64,000 bases of DNA from positions 224,001-288,000 of the forward strand of contig CAUVXB020000002.1 in NCBI GenBank assembly GCA_963555825.3, read 5' to 3'. The stretch is from Alphaproteobacteria bacterium. Lineage in GTDB: Bacteria; Pseudomonadota; Alphaproteobacteria; JAAXGF01. The position numbers and the translations under genes were made by a program. Position 1 is the stretch's first letter, and the number at the start of each line of letters is the position of its first letter. Positions 49,157 to 60,873 of the stretch are shown one piece after another. The notes under the pieces are model-generated. The model did no database searches and had not been told where the DNA came from. It worked only from the letters and a program-made list of their open reading frames with translations.

Positions 49157-50808
49157 TCACTCGGCGGCGGTTTGCGCGCAAAAGCACGACGCGTTGACCG
49201 GCACGTCCGCGCGCGCGGCGGCGAGGTCGAGGCGCTGCTTGATAAGCCGTGCCTCGACGGTCTCGCCGCGGCGCTCGAGGCACTCGTGGAGACCGCGCAG
49301 GCTCCAGACATTGTCCGGATGCACCGTCGCGCGGCTTAGGCTCCCGCCGAGGCCGAGGTCCTCGCGATAGACCGCCTCCGCCTCGGCGACCCGGCCCTGC
49401 TCAAGGAGCAGCGCGCCGAGCGCATGACGGGTCGGCTGGATCCAGCCCCAGGGCTCGTCGTAGGGCAGCGCGTCGTCGAGTTCGACCGAACGCCTGAGAT
49501 GCGCGAAAGCGGCCTCGAAGTCGCCCTTGCGGTAGTCGATCTCGCCGTTGAGCATCGCCTCGGCGATGGCGAGGAGGTCCTGGCAGGAATTGTTGTGGAG
49601 AAACCGGCTCTCGGGAACCTTCGCCCGCGCGGCGAGGAACAGCGCCTTCTCCTCTTCGGCGGCCTCCACCTCGTTTAGCGCCGCGTGGGCCACGCCCTTG
49701 GCATAATGCATCATCGCGATGGTGACGCAGTAGAGCTCCGTGTCGGCGGGCAGCGCCTCCGCAATGATCTCGCGCCATTTGCCGAACCGGATCTGTACGT
49801 GTTGTTTCATCGGGATGTAGGCCTCGATGAAATCGGCCATAGGCGGCGATGGCATCCGCAAGAGTTCCTCCGGCGTGGTTTCGATCAGTTCCTCCGCGGC
49901 GGCCAGGGCGGGCGCGTACTGGCCGAGGAACATCGCGCCGTATATTGCGAAGTGGTAGTTGTGAACCCGGTAGCCCGAATAGAAATTCATCGCGCCGGCC
50001 TTCTCGAGATACTTCCGGTCTGCCTCGCTTGCGCGCTGATTGTCGACGAGCACGTCGTGGTAGTGACCGCAGAGCACGTCGATATGGGTTGGCATGTGGA
50101 TCAGGTGTCCTGCGTCGGGGACCAGCGTGCGCAGGATGTCCCCAGCCCTGAGCGCCAGTTCCGGGAATGGCGACATCTCCATTAGGTGCACGTAGAGGTG
50201 AAGGATGCCGGGATGCTCCATCGCCGCCGGATCCTCGTGCATGGCGCGTTCCAGCACGTCGCGCGCCTCGAGCGTGCCCGCCCCTTCGGCGACGCCGCCG
50301 GTCTTCAGGTCCCACATCTTCCAGGGCGTGCGATTCATGATCGCCTCGACGAAGATCGTGGCGACCTCGAGATCGTCGGGGTGCGCCCGGTAGGCCTCGC
50401 GCATGGCGTCAGTGAAGGCGTCGTTCCAGGGCGATTGGTCCTCGATCGGCGTGCGCTGCGGGTAGCGCGCGGGCAGCGCCTCGATCATGGCGCGCTCGGC
50501 GGGGGTGACCTTGTCGGCGAGTGCGCGCGCCGCGGCCGTGGCGTCGAAAGCGTCGGCCAGCGCGGTCGCCATGCCTTCCGCGTCGAACAGCTCCCAGGGC
50601 ATGTTGTAGTTGGGCCGACCGCATAGGCGATGCCCCATTGTGCCATCGCACAGTCCGGGTCGTGCTCCAGCGCCTTCTTGAAACACACGATCGCTTCCTC
50701 GTGGTGATATCCGTAGGTCCAGACGAGGCCGCGATCGAACCAAAGCTGGGCTTTGGGCGAGGCAGTCGTGATCGGTCGGCTATAGACATCGACGTCGTAA
50801 TAGCTCAT
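49157..50808 (-). pseudogene. Conserved TPR-containing protein with a single frameshift near 50613
   Basis: MSYYD..AQLWFDRGL..HEEA..GIAYAVGP in one frame and NYNMPW..HLYVHLME..HLIHMPTHI..YDEPWGW..ASCFC in another. One C is missing from the expected GGC CCC AAC. Confidence 0.8.
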
Positions 50809-50967
50809 GGCATCCACCTTTTCGCGCGGAACCGCTCAGATCATCCAAAGATACATCACAGTGCCGCTCGCAACCACGGAAACAGGCCCGGGACCGGCAA
50901 ACGACAGGCCCGCAAGCCGCGCCGGAACGCAATCGGGACACGGTGCTCGAGCTAGTTCCCGGACCGC

Positions 50968-51582
50968 CTAGCCGCGCCGCTTGGCGCGCGCCGCCGCCAG
51001 CGTCCAGGCGGTCCACAGGCAGTAAACCGCCGCGCCGATGCCGCTTAAGACAAAGAACGGCGCGAGCCAGCCGAGCCAGGTGATCGGTGCAATCAGGTAG
51101 ATGCCGTCCTCGAGTTCGAAGCCGGCGACGCCCGGATAGCCGACCGCATCGCCGTCGGCGAGGCCGGCCTCCTTGTCGAGCGCGAGGTTGACGAACAGCG
51201 ATATCAGCGCCGAGGCCGCGCCCGCCGCGCCCAGCAGATACGCCCAGCCGCCCAGCGCGCCGTCGGCCAGCCCGACGCCGATACCGGCGAACAGCGCGGC
51301 ATAGCTCAGGCCGCCGGAAACGTAATCGAAGTAATAGCCGAAGCGCGAAGTCTTGCCGGTCAGCCGCGCCAACTCGCCGTCGAAATGGTCGAGGAAGCGG
51401 GCCAGCACGAACAGCGCCGCGCCCCAGTTCGCGGCGAACGGATCGCCCTCGGCGAGCAGCCCGGCGCCGGCGAGCGCAAGCGCCAGCGACAGCGCCGTCA
51501 GGTGATTGGGCGAGAGCGGCGTGCGCGCCAGCGGCCGGACGAGGACGCGGGCGATACGCTGGTCGTAGGGCGGTTTTTCCAA
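50968..51582 (-). CDS. CDP-alcohol phosphatidyltransferase family protein
   Basis: SPNHLT, LDHFDGELARLTGKTSRFGYYFD. Confidence 0.9.
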   Translation of the reverse strand: MEKPPYDQRIARVLVRPLARTPLSPNHLTALSLALALAGAGLLAEGDPFAANWGAALFVLARFLDHFDGELARLTGKTSRFGYYFDYVSGGLSYAALFAGIGVGLADGALGGWAYLLGAAGAASALISLFVNLALDKEAGLADGDAVGYPGVAGFELEDGIYLIAPITWLGWLAPFFVLSGIGAAVYCLWTAWTLAAARAKRRG

Positions 51583-51781
51583 GGGGCATCCCGGCTCGAT
51601 TGTCGGCGGCGGCCAACCTGCGACCCGGCCGAGGCGATGTCAACCCGACATGAACCGGTGGCGCCCGCCGACGACACAGTGCGCGGGGTCGGCGACGAAT
51701 GGTGGACGGCGCGGCGAGATTGGCTATGCTTGTCGCCTTATCGTGATGAAACGCGGAGGGCGCGTCGGGCGCCGGCAAGCC

Positions 51782-52144
51782 ATGCGGGGTAGAACCGACT
51801 TCCTGTCGTTGATGGTTCCGGGTTCGGTGCTCGCGCTGGCGCTCGCCGTCGTGCTGGGCGACCTCTCGCATCTGCTCGAGGAAGGCGGCTGGTATGCCGT
51901 CCTCGGCCAATTCATGGCCGTCGCGACGACGCTGATCATGATCGCCATCGGCGGCGTCTTGGTCGTCACGCTGCTCGCCCTGCCCTTCGTGTTTTGCTTC
52001 GGCATCTATCAAGAGCTGCGGCGCCCGAACGAACCGCTGGCGCCGCGTGCCCGGTTCTATCGCGCCGCCAACATCGTCTGGAAGACGGCCTGGTGGTGCT
52101 GGTGGTACCTCACCGGCCGTCGTTCGGCCGTCGACGGTAGCTGA
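51782..52144 (+). CDS. Hypothetical membrane protein
   Basis: Hydrophobic segments and host-like codon usage. Start uncertain; 3' end overlaps the convergent gene. Confidence 0.45.
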   Translation: MRGRTDFLSLMVPGSVLALALAVVLGDLSHLLEEGGWYAVLGQFMAVATTLIMIAIGGVLVVTLLALPFVFCFGIYQELRRPNEPLAPRARFYRAANIVWKTAWWCWWYLTGRRSAVDGS

Positions 52145-53000
52145 TCGCGACGACGTTGCCGCCGAGCACCAGCAACAGCCCGGCGCCCGCCACCCAGCCC
52201 CAGTCGAAACCTTCGAACAGCGTCGAGAGACCGAGCGCAATCAACGGATTGACGATGTTGACATAGGCGACGCGGTCGGCGCCGATGCGGCCGAGCAGCG
52301 TGAGATAGCAACCGAAGCCGACGACCGAGCCGAGCACCGACAAGTGCGCCAGCGACACGACATAGGGCCATGACCAGTCGAACGCCAGCGGCTGACCGCG
52401 CACCAGCGCGATCAGCAGCGTGAACCCGGCGCCGTAGGCCATGCTGACCGCATTGGTCTGTACGACCCGCATGCCGGCCAATTGGTTGCGCGCCGAGACA
52501 ATGTTGCCGAGCGAGACGAAAATCGTCGCGACGATAGCGATCGCGAGGCCCAGTGGCGTCGCGTGCGCCGCGGCCGGGCCGACCAGCTCGGGCCAGAAAA
52601 CGAGGCCGATGCCGCCGACGCCGATGACGCCGCCGGCAAGCACCCTCAACCGCACCGGGCTCTTGAGGAACAGCGCGCCGAACAAGATGTTGAACAGGAT
52701 GGTCGACGAGAAGACCAGCGCGACCAGGCCGGTCGTCACCTGGCCGACGGCGGTATAGTAGAGGATGTAGTTGAGGCAAAACAGCAGCAGGCCGAGCAGG
52801 GCGGCGAAGCCGTGGGCGCGGCGGTCGAAGCGGAACCGCAGGCCGCGCACGGCGCAATAGGCAAACAGGATCATCGACGCGAGCCCGAACCGGTAGGCGA
52901 CCGAAAGCTCGGGCGCGACGTCGCCGACCTGGAACTTGATGGCGAACCAAGTGGTGCCCCAAATCAGCGCCGTCGCCACATAGAGGGCGGCATTGCCCAT
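52110..53000 (-). CDS. EamA/DMT-family transporter
   Basis: [11 protein letters not shown], about 10 hydrophobic helices, [12 protein letters not shown]. Confidence 0.92.
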   Translation of the reverse strand: MGNAALYVATALIWGTTWFAIKFQVGDVAPELSVAYRFGLASMILFAYCAVRGLRFRFDRRAHGFAALLGLLLFCLNYILYYTAVGQVTTGLVALVFSSTILFNILFGALFLKSPVRLRVLAGGVIGVGGIGLVFWPELVGPAAAHATPLGLAIAIVATIFVSLGNIVSARNQLAGMRVVQTNAVSMAYGAGFTLLIALVRGQPLAFDWSWPYVVSLAHLSVLGSVVGFGCYLTLLGRIGADRVAYVNIVNPLIALGLSTLFEGFDWGWVAGAGLLLVLGGNVVAISYRRRPNDGR

Positions 53001-53046
53001 GCGCGGCCCCTCGATACCGAAGTTTTGCGCGGCGCCGTGCGATCGG

Positions 53047-53559
53047 CTATTCGACGATAACCTGATGCGCGAACGCGTCGCCGTCCGAGATCGTGATCTG
53101 GGCGAAGCCCAACAGTTTGGCCAGATCGAAGAAGGTGATGAAGTCCTGCAACCCGTGCTCGATGATGAAGCGCGACGAGCGCGCCACCGAGGTCAGCATG
53201 GCGAACAGCGCCCGCGCCCGATAGAGCGTGTCGATATAGTCGTCGCGCAGGGCGACGATGATCAGTTTTTCGGCCTCCGCGCCCTTGACGAAAACGGCGA
53301 AGCCAGGCGGATACGGTCGGTTCAGCATCTTGTTGGTCAGGGTGACGATGAAGCCGATGCGCATCTCGCGATTGGCCTCGCCGAGGGTCAGCGTGCGCGC
53401 CTTGTAGGTCTCGCTCGTCGCCGGTTCGGGATAGTAGTAGCCGGCGTGGCGGTCGGCGGCCACCGCGGGCGCCGCCAGGCAAGACAGCAACATGGCCGCG
53501 GCCAAAAGCCCGTAGTGACCATGCTCCCGACAAAACCAACTGAACGAGCGCGATATCAT
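53047..53559 (-). CDS. Hypothetical exported protein
   Basis: Signal-like segment, then [30 protein letters not shown]. Start uncertain. Confidence 0.7.
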   Translation of the reverse strand: MISRSFSWFCREHGHYGLLAAAMLLSCLAAPAVAADRHAGYYYPEPATSETYKARTLTLGEANREMRIGFIVTLTNKMLNRPYPPGFAVFVKGAEAEKLIIVALRDDYIDTLYRARALFAMLTSVARSSRFIIEHGLQDFITFFDLAKLLGFAQITISDGDAFAHQVIVE

Positions 53560-53718
53560 ATGACCCTCCCGGTCCCAAAACGCGCCGCGAGTTTGCGCGG
53601 CGTCAGCCGATTTGTCACTGTGAAACGCCGACGGACTGGCAGCCCAGCCGCCATGGGTTATACTGCGGTCAGAACGCACAACGGCTCCGCAGACGGGCCG
53701 CAACATCGGGGACCATCA

Positions 53719-54486
53719 ATGAAATACGAAAAGGTTGCCATCGTTTCGAGCGGCTCGCCCAAGGCGCAGGAAGGTGGGAAACTGCTGCAAAAACGCTACG
53801 CTACCGCCAATCCCGAGGACGCCGATGTCATCGTCGCACTGGGCGGTGATGGGTTCATGCTCGAGTCGCTGCACGGCTTCCTCGATCGCGGCGTGCCGAT
53901 CTACGGCATGAACCGCGGCTCGGTTGGTTTCTTGATGAACGATTACAACGAAGACGATCTGATCGAACGTCTCGAGGTCGCCGAGGCAACCGTGCTGCAC
54001 CCCTTGCAGATGATCGCCAAGAGCGTCGAAGGCACCACCACCACGGCGCTCGCGATCAACGAGGTGTCGGTGCTGCGCCAATCCCGCCAGGCAGCCAAAA
54101 TCCGGATCAGCATCGACGGCCGGGTGCGCACGCCCGAGCTGATCTGCGACGGCGTGCTGGTCGCGACGGCCGCCGGCAGCACCGCCTACAATCTCTCGGC
54201 GCACGGCCCGATCTTGCCGGTCGGCTCCGACATCATGGCGCTGACGCCGATCTCGGCGTTCCGACCGCGGCGCTGGCATGGCGCTCTGCTGCCGGCCCAC
54301 GCCAAGATCAATTTCGAGGTATTGGAGAACTACAAGCGCCCGGTCAGCGCGGTCGCCGATTACACCGAGGTGCGCAACGTCGTCGAGGTCGACGTCGAGG
54401 AGCGGCGCGATATCTCGCTGCAAATCCTGTTCGACCCTGGCCACGGCCTCGAGGAACGCATCATTAACGAGCAGTTCACGGACTGA
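53719..54486 (+). CDS. nadK: NAD kinase
   Basis: [35 protein letters not shown]. Confidence 0.96.
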   Translation: MKYEKVAIVSSGSPKAQEGGKLLQKRYATANPEDADVIVALGGDGFMLESLHGFLDRGVPIYGMNRGSVGFLMNDYNEDDLIERLEVAEATVLHPLQMIAKSVEGTTTTALAINEVSVLRQSRQAAKIRISIDGRVRTPELICDGVLVATAAGSTAYNLSAHGPILPVGSDIMALTPISAFRPRRWHGALLPAHAKINFEVLENYKRPVSAVADYTEVRNVVEVDVEERRDISLQILFDPGHGLEERIINEQFTD

Positions 54487-54505
54487 TCCTTGGAGTAACG
54501 CGCCG

Positions 54506-55111
54506 ATGGCCGAGCCCGCGCCTCCAAAGCCGAGCACCGCCGGGGGCATTCTGGCCATCATCGCCGCCGATGATTGGCGCATGCGCGCCCTGTCGGCCGT
54601 GCGCGCGCTTGCGCTCCCCGATTGCTGGATCGGCGCGGGTTTCTTACGCGCCGCCGTTTGGGACCGGCTCCATGGCTTCGCCCGCGCGACACCGCTCGAC
54701 GACGTCGACGTCGTCTATTTCGACCCGGAGCTGGCGACGCGCGAGGCCGATGCCGCGCACGAGCGCCGGCTCGCCGAAATCTGGGACGGCGGTGCCGCGC
54801 CCGTGCCCTGGCAGGGGCGCAACCAGGCGCGCATGCATCTCACGAAGGGCGACGCGCCATATGCCGACACCGCCGATTCTCTGCGTCATTGGCTCGAGAC
54901 ACCGACCGCGGTCGCCGTGCGCCTGACCGACCGGGACCGGCTCGAACTGCTCGCGCCACTGGGGATCGACGATTTACTGGCCATGCGCGTCGCGCCGACG
55001 CCTTACGCGCGCGACAAGCAGGCCGCCCGCTACGTCGCGCGGGTCACGACAAAACACTGGTCTCGGCAATGGCCCCGGCTCGAAATCGTCCTGCCGCCGG
55101 GTTTCGGCTAG
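54506..55111 (+). CDS. Nucleotidyltransferase-family protein (DUF925-like)
   Basis: [35 protein letters not shown]. Confidence 0.85.
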   Translation: MAEPAPPKPSTAGGILAIIAADDWRMRALSAVRALALPDCWIGAGFLRAAVWDRLHGFARATPLDDVDVVYFDPELATREADAAHERRLAEIWDGGAAPVPWQGRNQARMHLTKGDAPYADTADSLRHWLETPTAVAVRLTDRDRLELLAPLGIDDLLAMRVAPTPYARDKQAARYVARVTTKHWSRQWPRLEIVLPPGFG

Positions 55112-56319
55112 GCGGCGCGCGGCAACTCCAGTTGCGTCCAGACCGTGATGAGCGCCGCGAGCAGCGCGCCCATCATCGCGTCGGTGTGCACCGGCGACGG
55201 CGTGATGCGCAGGCGTTCGGTGCCGCGCGGCACCGTCGGGTAGTTGATCGGCTGGATGTAGATGCCGTGCGCCTCGAGCAGCATATCGGTGACGCGCTTG
55301 CACTTGACCGGGTCGCCGACCAGCACCGGCACGATATGCGTCTCGGACGGCATCAGCGGCAAGCCGGCGTCGGTCAGCATCGCCTTGAGCGTCGCCGCGC
55401 GTTCCTGGTGACGCGCGCGCTCCGCCCCGCTCGCCTTGAGATGGCGCACCGACGCGAGCGCCGCCGCGCAGAGTGCCGGCGGCAGCGCGGTGGTGAAGAT
55501 GAACGGCGTCGCGAAGCTGCGGATCGCGTCGACGATCGGTGACGCCGCCGCAATGTAGCCGCCGAGCACGCCGTACGCCTTGGCGAGCGTACCGTTGATC
55601 ACCGTGACGCGGTCCATCAGTCCACGTGCCTCGGCGACGCCGCCGCCGCGTGGGCCGTAGAGGCCGACCGCGTGCACCTCGTCGAGATAGGTCATCGCGC
55701 CGTGGCGATCGGCGATATCGCACAGATCGGCGATCGGCGCGGTGTCGCCATCCATTGAATAGACCGACTCGAAGGCGATCAGCTTCGGCGCATCAGGCGG
55801 CGAATCGCGCAACAGCTCTTCGAGATGGGCCACGTCGTTGTGCCCGAAGATGCGTTTTTCGGCGCGGCTGTTCCGGATGCCATCGATCATCGAGGCATGG
55901 TTCCACGCATCGGAGTAGATGATGCAGTCGGGCATCAGGCCGGCAAGCGTCCCGAGCGACGCCAGGTTCGCGACGTAGCCCGAGGTGAACACCAAGGCCG
56001 AAGGTTTGCCGTGCAGATCGGCGAGCTCGCGCTCGAGCGCAACCAGCGGATGCGAGGTGCCCGCGATATTGCGCGTGCCACCCGCGCCGGCGCCGTATTC
56101 GGCGACAGCCTGCGTCATCGCGTCGAGCACGATCGGGCTCTGGCCCATGCCGAGATAGTCGTTCGAGCACCAGACCACGACGTCGTCGGCCACCGCGTCG
56201 CCGTGGTGCGCGGCGAGCGGGAACCGACCCGCGTGCCGCGCCAGCTCGGCGAACACCCGGTAACGACCCTCGGCCTTGAGGCCGCCCAGCTTGTCGGCAA
56301 AAAACCGCTCGTAATCCAT
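55108..56319 (-). CDS. hemA: 5-aminolevulinate synthase
   Basis: [46 protein letters not shown]. Confidence 0.97.
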   Translation of the reverse strand: MDYERFFADKLGGLKAEGRYRVFAELARHAGRFPLAAHHGDAVADDVVVWCSNDYLGMGQSPIVLDAMTQAVAEYGAGAGGTRNIAGTSHPLVALERELADLHGKPSALVFTSGYVANLASLGTLAGLMPDCIIYSDAWNHASMIDGIRNSRAEKRIFGHNDVAHLEELLRDSPPDAPKLIAFESVYSMDGDTAPIADLCDIADRHGAMTYLDEVHAVGLYGPRGGGVAEARGLMDRVTVINGTLAKAYGVLGGYIAAASPIVDAIRSFATPFIFTTALPPALCAAALASVRHLKASGAERARHQERAATLKAMLTDAGLPLMPSETHIVPVLVGDPVKCKRVTDMLLEAHGIYIQPINYPTVPRGTERLRITPSPVHTDAMMGALLAALITVWTQLELPRAA

Positions 56320-56509
56320 CGTCCATCCTCCCCCGGGGCGCGGCAGCGCCGCGTCCATCGGTATTCATACAATACTGCCGCCTTTCGCCGGTACAATCTT
56401 TGATCGAGGTCATCATGTCCGGCGCCGGCGCGCGACACGGGTGAATTGCCTCGCACCGCTGTTTGGCACGCGCTAATCTTCGGTACATCGGTACAACGGG
56501 GAGCGAACA

Positions 56510-57469
56510 TTGCCGGACAACGCCGAGTATCTGCCGGCGATCGAAATCGAGCCGCGCGACATTGGCCCGTTTCGCCAGGGCAACACCGGCATCGACTATG
56601 TCACGACCTTCGATTCGGGACGGCCGGGTCCGCATGTCATGGTCAACGCCCTGACCCATGGCAACGAGTTGAGCGGCGCCCATGCGGTCGGGTTCCTGTT
56701 CGATCACGCGGTGCGGCCGAGCCGCGGCAGGCTGACGCTCAGCTTTGCCAACGTCGCCGCGTATCTCAGCTTCGACCCAGATTCGCCCTTCGAATCGCGT
56801 TTCTTCGACGAGGACTTCAATCGCGTCTGGGATGAAGCGACGCTCGACGGCCCGCGCGACAGCGTCGAACTCGAGCGGGCGCGCGCGATCAGGCCCATCG
56901 TCGACACCGTCGACATGTTGCTCGACCTGCACTCGACCGCGCTGCCGATGGCGCCGATGATGCTCTGCGGCATGCGCGACAAGGGCCTTGCGCTGGCCCG
57001 CGGCATCGGCAGTCCGGCGCATGTCGTGATCGACGCCGGCCACGCCGCCGGCAGGCGGCTGCGCGATTACGCGCCGTTCGACGACCCCGCGGTCGACGCG
57101 GCTGCCACGTTGGTCGAATGCGGCCAGCATTTCGAGCGCGCCGCGAACGACGTCGCGATCGACACCACCCTGCGCTTCCTGCGCCATTGCGATGTCGTCG
57201 ACGCCGGTTTCGTCACCGAACACGTTCCGGACACGGCCGGGCCCCAGATGATCATCCGCGTCAGCGAGGCGGTGACCATCGAGACCGACCGTTTCGCCTT
57301 CACCAACGACCTCGCCGGCTTCGAGGTCATCGCCGAGGCCGGCACGCTGATCGGCCACGACGGCGACCGCGAGGTGCGCACGCCCTACGACAACTGCGTC
57401 ATGGTCATGCCCGGGCGCGACCTGAAGAAAGGCCTTACCGCGGTCCGTTTGGGACGGATCGTCGACTGA
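56510..57469 (+). CDS. Succinylglutamate desuccinylase/aspartoacylase (M14) family protein
   Basis: THGNE, DFNRVW, LDLHS, ECGQH. Confidence 0.88.
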   Translation: MPDNAEYLPAIEIEPRDIGPFRQGNTGIDYVTTFDSGRPGPHVMVNALTHGNELSGAHAVGFLFDHAVRPSRGRLTLSFANVAAYLSFDPDSPFESRFFDEDFNRVWDEATLDGPRDSVELERARAIRPIVDTVDMLLDLHSTALPMAPMMLCGMRDKGLALARGIGSPAHVVIDAGHAAGRRLRDYAPFDDPAVDAAATLVECGQHFERAANDVAIDTTLRFLRHCDVVDAGFVTEHVPDTAGPQMIIRVSEAVTIETDRFAFTNDLAGFEVIAEAGTLIGHDGDREVRTPYDNCVMVMPGRDLKKGLTAVRLGRIVD

Positions 57470-58028
57470 AATCAAGCATCAGCGCGGCGAGCTCGTCGTC
57501 GAGCGCCTCGAGATCGAGCAGCGCGAGGTAGGGATCGCTCTCGAGCCCGAGGCATTGCGCGAAGGCCGGCTCGGTCTTCACCCCCGATCGCTTGAGCGCG
57601 ACGATCCGCCGCCGAAGCGCGGCCCCGCCGAGTGCCAGGAGGCGCGCCTCGATGACCATGTGGCGGTAGGCGCTTTGGCGCTCGGCCGGCAGTGGCTGGC
57701 CGAACGGCTCGATGATGAAACCGCCGTGGACGAACGAGGCGGTCATCGACGCCCCGCCCATGCGCCGCCGCGGCGCGGTCACGCGAAAACCGTCGCAATG
57801 ACCGAATCCGGCCGCAAGATCGGCCTCGAAACGCGCGAAGTCGTGGACCTCGCAGAGAATGTCCAGATCGCTGCCGGCGACGTCGATGTCCAGCGGCACC
57901 GTACCCGCGAGCACCGGACCATAACCGGCCAGTCGCTCGATGATGCCAAGCGCGTGAAGCGCCTGGTACGCCGCGCGTTGGCGCGCGTTACCGTCGCGCA
58001 GGTAAGCGATGTCGCGAAAATCGATCAA
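57435..58028 (-). CDS. DUF4269-like protein
   Basis: LAGTVPLDIDVAGSDLDI, AYRHMVIE, KTEPAFA..LGL..DPY. Confidence 0.8.
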   Translation of the reverse strand: MIDFRDIAYLRDGNARQRAAYQALHALGIIERLAGYGPVLAGTVPLDIDVAGSDLDILCEVHDFARFEADLAAGFGHCDGFRVTAPRRRMGGASMTASFVHGGFIIEPFGQPLPAERQSAYRHMVIEARLLALGGAALRRRIVALKRSGVKTEPAFAQCLGLESDPYLALLDLEALDDELAALMLDFSRRSVPNGPR

Positions 58029-58037
58029 GCGGCCGGC

Positions 58038-58409
58038 TCAGCCTCCACCGCCGAGCCAGGTCGCCGCCTTATCCTCGGCCGCCTCGACTTGCGACCGGGT
58101 CATGGTCTCGGCCATCGCGTCGCGGTGGCGTGTCGCCGCCTCGATGCCCTGGGTGCCGGCCAGCGTATACCAGTGGTAGGCCTCGATCGCGTCGTCGCTT
58201 CCGCCGCCGGCGCACAGGCCGGGGTTGAGCCACGAGACGTAATAGCGGTTCGCCAGTCGGTACTGGGAGACGGCATCGCCCGACCGCGCGGCGTGCTTGA
58301 GTGCGACGATATCTTCCTCGCAGGCGGCGACGCGTGGCGCGTCACCCGGCCCGGCACAGGCGCCGAGCGCAAGCAGTACCAGCGCGGCAATGGTTCCGAA
58401 ACGTCTCAT
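58038..58409 (-). CDS. Sel1-like repeat lipoprotein
   Basis: Lipobox LGAC, GDAVSQYRLA, EAYHWYTLA. Confidence 0.75.
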   Translation of the reverse strand: MRRFGTIAALVLLALGACAGPGDAPRVAACEEDIVALKHAARSGDAVSQYRLANRYYVSWLNPGLCAGGGSDDAIEAYHWYTLAGTQGIEAATRHRDAMAETMTRSQVEAAEDKAATWLGGGG

Positions 58410-58484
58410 GGGCAGCCCCCCGCAGTCCCGCCGCCAGTCTAACCGACCCGCGGTACTGGCGAAAGGCGGCCCCTATACCAAGGA

Positions 58485-59330
58485 TCAGCCAGCAACGCGG
58501 AGCAGCACCACCCCAGCGGCGACGATCATGGCCGAGACGACGCGGCGATAGCCGAAGGATTCGCCCAAGAGCCGCGTGCCGATCACCGCGGCGATCACCA
58601 CGCTGGTCTCGCGCAACGCCGCGACCTGCGCCATGGCGCCCAGCCCAAGCGCCCAGATGACCAGGGCATAGGCGCCGAACGAGAGCGCGCCGCCGGCGAC
58701 GCCCGGTTTCCAGTAGCGCTCGATGTAAGACCCGAAATCGCGGCGGCGCGTGAGCGCGACGACGGCGAGGAACGGCAGCGGCTCGATGACGAAGAGCCAG
58801 CCGATATAGCCGCCGGGACTGCCCGACGCGCGAACGCCCAGACCATCGGTCACCGTGTAGCCGGCGATCGTCGCGCCGGTGGCGAGCGGATAGACGATCG
58901 AGCGCCAGCCGGCGCCGAGACCGTAGCGGCGGCTCATCAGCAGGCTCAGGATGCCCGCCGAAATCACCGCGATACCGGCGATCTCGCCGGGACTGAGCAG
59001 CTCGTCGGCGAACAGCGCGGCGCCGACGGCGACCATCAAGGGCGCCGAACCGCGCGCCAGCGGATAGGCATGCGACAGATCGCCGACCCGGTAGGAGACG
59101 ACCAGCAGGCAGAAGTACGCCGTGTGAATGGCCGCCGAAAGCGCGATGAATTTCCAGCTCTCGGGCGCCGGCGGGGCGTTCGGGAAGATCAGCAACCCGC
59201 CCAGCAGCCCGCCGACCGCGAGCACCATCGACATGGTCAGCACGCGATCCTCGCCGATCTTGACGAAGGTGTTCCACGCCGCGTGCATGACCGCGGCGAC
59301 GAGCACGACGACGACGACGACCGGCTCCAC
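58485..59330 (-). CDS. EamA/DMT-family transporter
   Basis: HAAWN, GDLSHAYPLARG, ALRETSV. Confidence 0.9.
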   Translation of the reverse strand: MEPVVVVVVLVAAVMHAAWNTFVKIGEDRVLTMSMVLAVGGLLGGLLIFPNAPPAPESWKFIALSAAIHTAYFCLLVVSYRVGDLSHAYPLARGSAPLMVAVGAALFADELLSPGEIAGIAVISAGILSLLMSRRYGLGAGWRSIVYPLATGATIAGYTVTDGLGVRASGSPGGYIGWLFVIEPLPFLAVVALTRRRDFGSYIERYWKPGVAGGALSFGAYALVIWALGLGAMAQVAALRETSVVIAAVIGTRLLGESFGYRRVVSAMIVAAGVVLLRVAG

Positions 59331-59460
59331 ATGCCCCCCTTTCCGCCCCGACGCGTGGCGCGCCACGTTAGCCGAAAGCGGACCACCTCGCCAGCCGCCG
59401 CAGTGCGCAGATGACGGCATCGTGCCGGGGCGACTATGCTTCGAGCATTGAAGACGGAAA

Positions 59461-60873
59461 ATGGGGAAGCCGATGACCGCCGAGCTATCGAGCGAAGCGC
59501 CGACAACCGGTTTGGGTTGCCCGGTGAAATCGACCCTCCACGAGCGCATCGCCGCGCGCGTGGAACGGGGATTGGCGCACGACGCGCTTGCCGGCATTCG
59601 TCAAGCGGCGATCGTCCGAGCGGTTGCGCTGCTGGTGGTCGCGGGCTGGGTGGTCGTCAACCACCCGTTTCCCCAAGCGTGGTTTTATCTCGCGATCCTG
59701 TTCATCCTCCTTGCCCTTGGCGTCGCAAATCGTCTCGCCGCCGTCGCGCTTTTCCCGGCGACTTGGCCGAGCTATCTCTTCATTCTCGCCGATTCATGCC
59801 TGGTGGCTGCCGCGCTGGCCGTGCCGAACCCGTTCGGTCCGGAGCCATGGCCGATACAGATGCATGTCCGCCATGCGCCCATATCATTCTTCTACATCTT
59901 CATCGCCGCCACACTACCGACCTACGCGCCGCGCAAGGTGCTGTGGAGCGGCGCCAGCGCCATACTCGCCTGGTCGGCGGTGCTGGTCTGGGTGGCCTGG
60001 CTTCCCGAAACCGACGTCGGCATGGGCAGCCAGCCCTTCATCGAGGACACCAGCAGCACGATTCAGGGGCCGTTCACCAATCCGTATTTCATCTATCTCG
60101 ACATGCTTTTGCGCGACCTCTTCCTCTTGGCCGTGGTAACCGGCATCCTCGCGGCCGTCGTCTGGCGCGTGCGCGCGATGGTTCTGCGCCAATCGGAGAC
60201 CGAGCGCCAGCGCGCCAATCTGGCGCGCTATTTCTCGCCAAACATGGTCGAGGAGCTGGCCGGCGCCGATCAAGGTTTCGACACGGTTCGCCAGCACGAC
60301 GCGGCGGTGTTGTTCGTCGACATGGTCGGTTTCACCGGCTTCGTCGAGTCGCATAGTCCCGAGGAAACCTTCGCCGTGCTGCGTGAGTTCCACGGCCTGA
60401 TGGCCGAGCATATCTTCGCCAACGACGGCACGCTCGACAAATACATCGGCGACGCGGTGATGGCGATCTTCGGCGTGCCGCGCGCCGGCCCACGCGACGC
60501 CGCCAACGCGCTGGCCTGCGCGCGCGCCATGCTCGCGGCGCTCGACGCGTGGAACGAGCGGCGCGCCGCGGTGGGCGAACGCCCGGTCAAGGCGACCGTC
60601 GGCGTCCATTGCGGGCCGGTGGTGGCCGGCGACATCGGCGACGAGCGGCGCCTCGAGTTCGCGGTCATCGGCGACACGGTCAATGTCGCCAGCCGGCTCG
60701 AGCACCTGACCCGCGAGCTCGCCACCGACGCGGTGTTCTCGGACGACCTGATCGTCGCCGCGCACCGCGAGCTGAGCGACGAGGGCGGGTTGTTCGACGG
60801 GCTGACGCCGGCGACACCGCAAGTGATCCGCGGCCGCGCGGCGGAACTCGCCGTCTGGACCTTGGCCGCCTAG
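59461..60873 (+). CDS. Membrane-anchored class III adenylate cyclase
   Basis: Several hydrophobic helices, LFVDMVGFT, DKYIGDA, IGDTVNVASRL. Confidence 0.92.
   Translation: MGKPMTAELSSEAPTTGLGCPVKSTLHERIAARVERGLAHDALAGIRQAAIVRAVALLVVAGWVVVNHPFPQAWFYLAILFILLALGVANRLAAVALFPATWPSYLFILADSCLVAAALAVPNPFGPEPWPIQMHVRHAPISFFYIFIAATLPTYAPRKVLWSGASAILAWSAVLVWVAWLPETDVGMGSQPFIEDTSSTIQGPFTNPYFIYLDMLLRDLFLLAVVTGILAAVVWRVRAMVLRQSETERQRANLARYFSPNMVEELAGADQGFDTVRQHDAAVLFVDMVGFTGFVESHSPEETFAVLREFHGLMAEHIFANDGTLDKYIGDAVMAIFGVPRAGPRDAANALACARAMLAALDAWNERRAAVGERPVKATVGVHCGPVVAGDIGDERRLEFAVIGDTVNVASRLEHLTRELATDAVFSDDLIVAAHRELSDEGGLFDGLTPATPQVIRGRAAELAVWTLAA

Noticed and set aside
58474-58488. TATACCAAGGATCAG, a possible family B end remnant
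   Set aside because: Only about 14 bp, with no partner end found; not called as an element.
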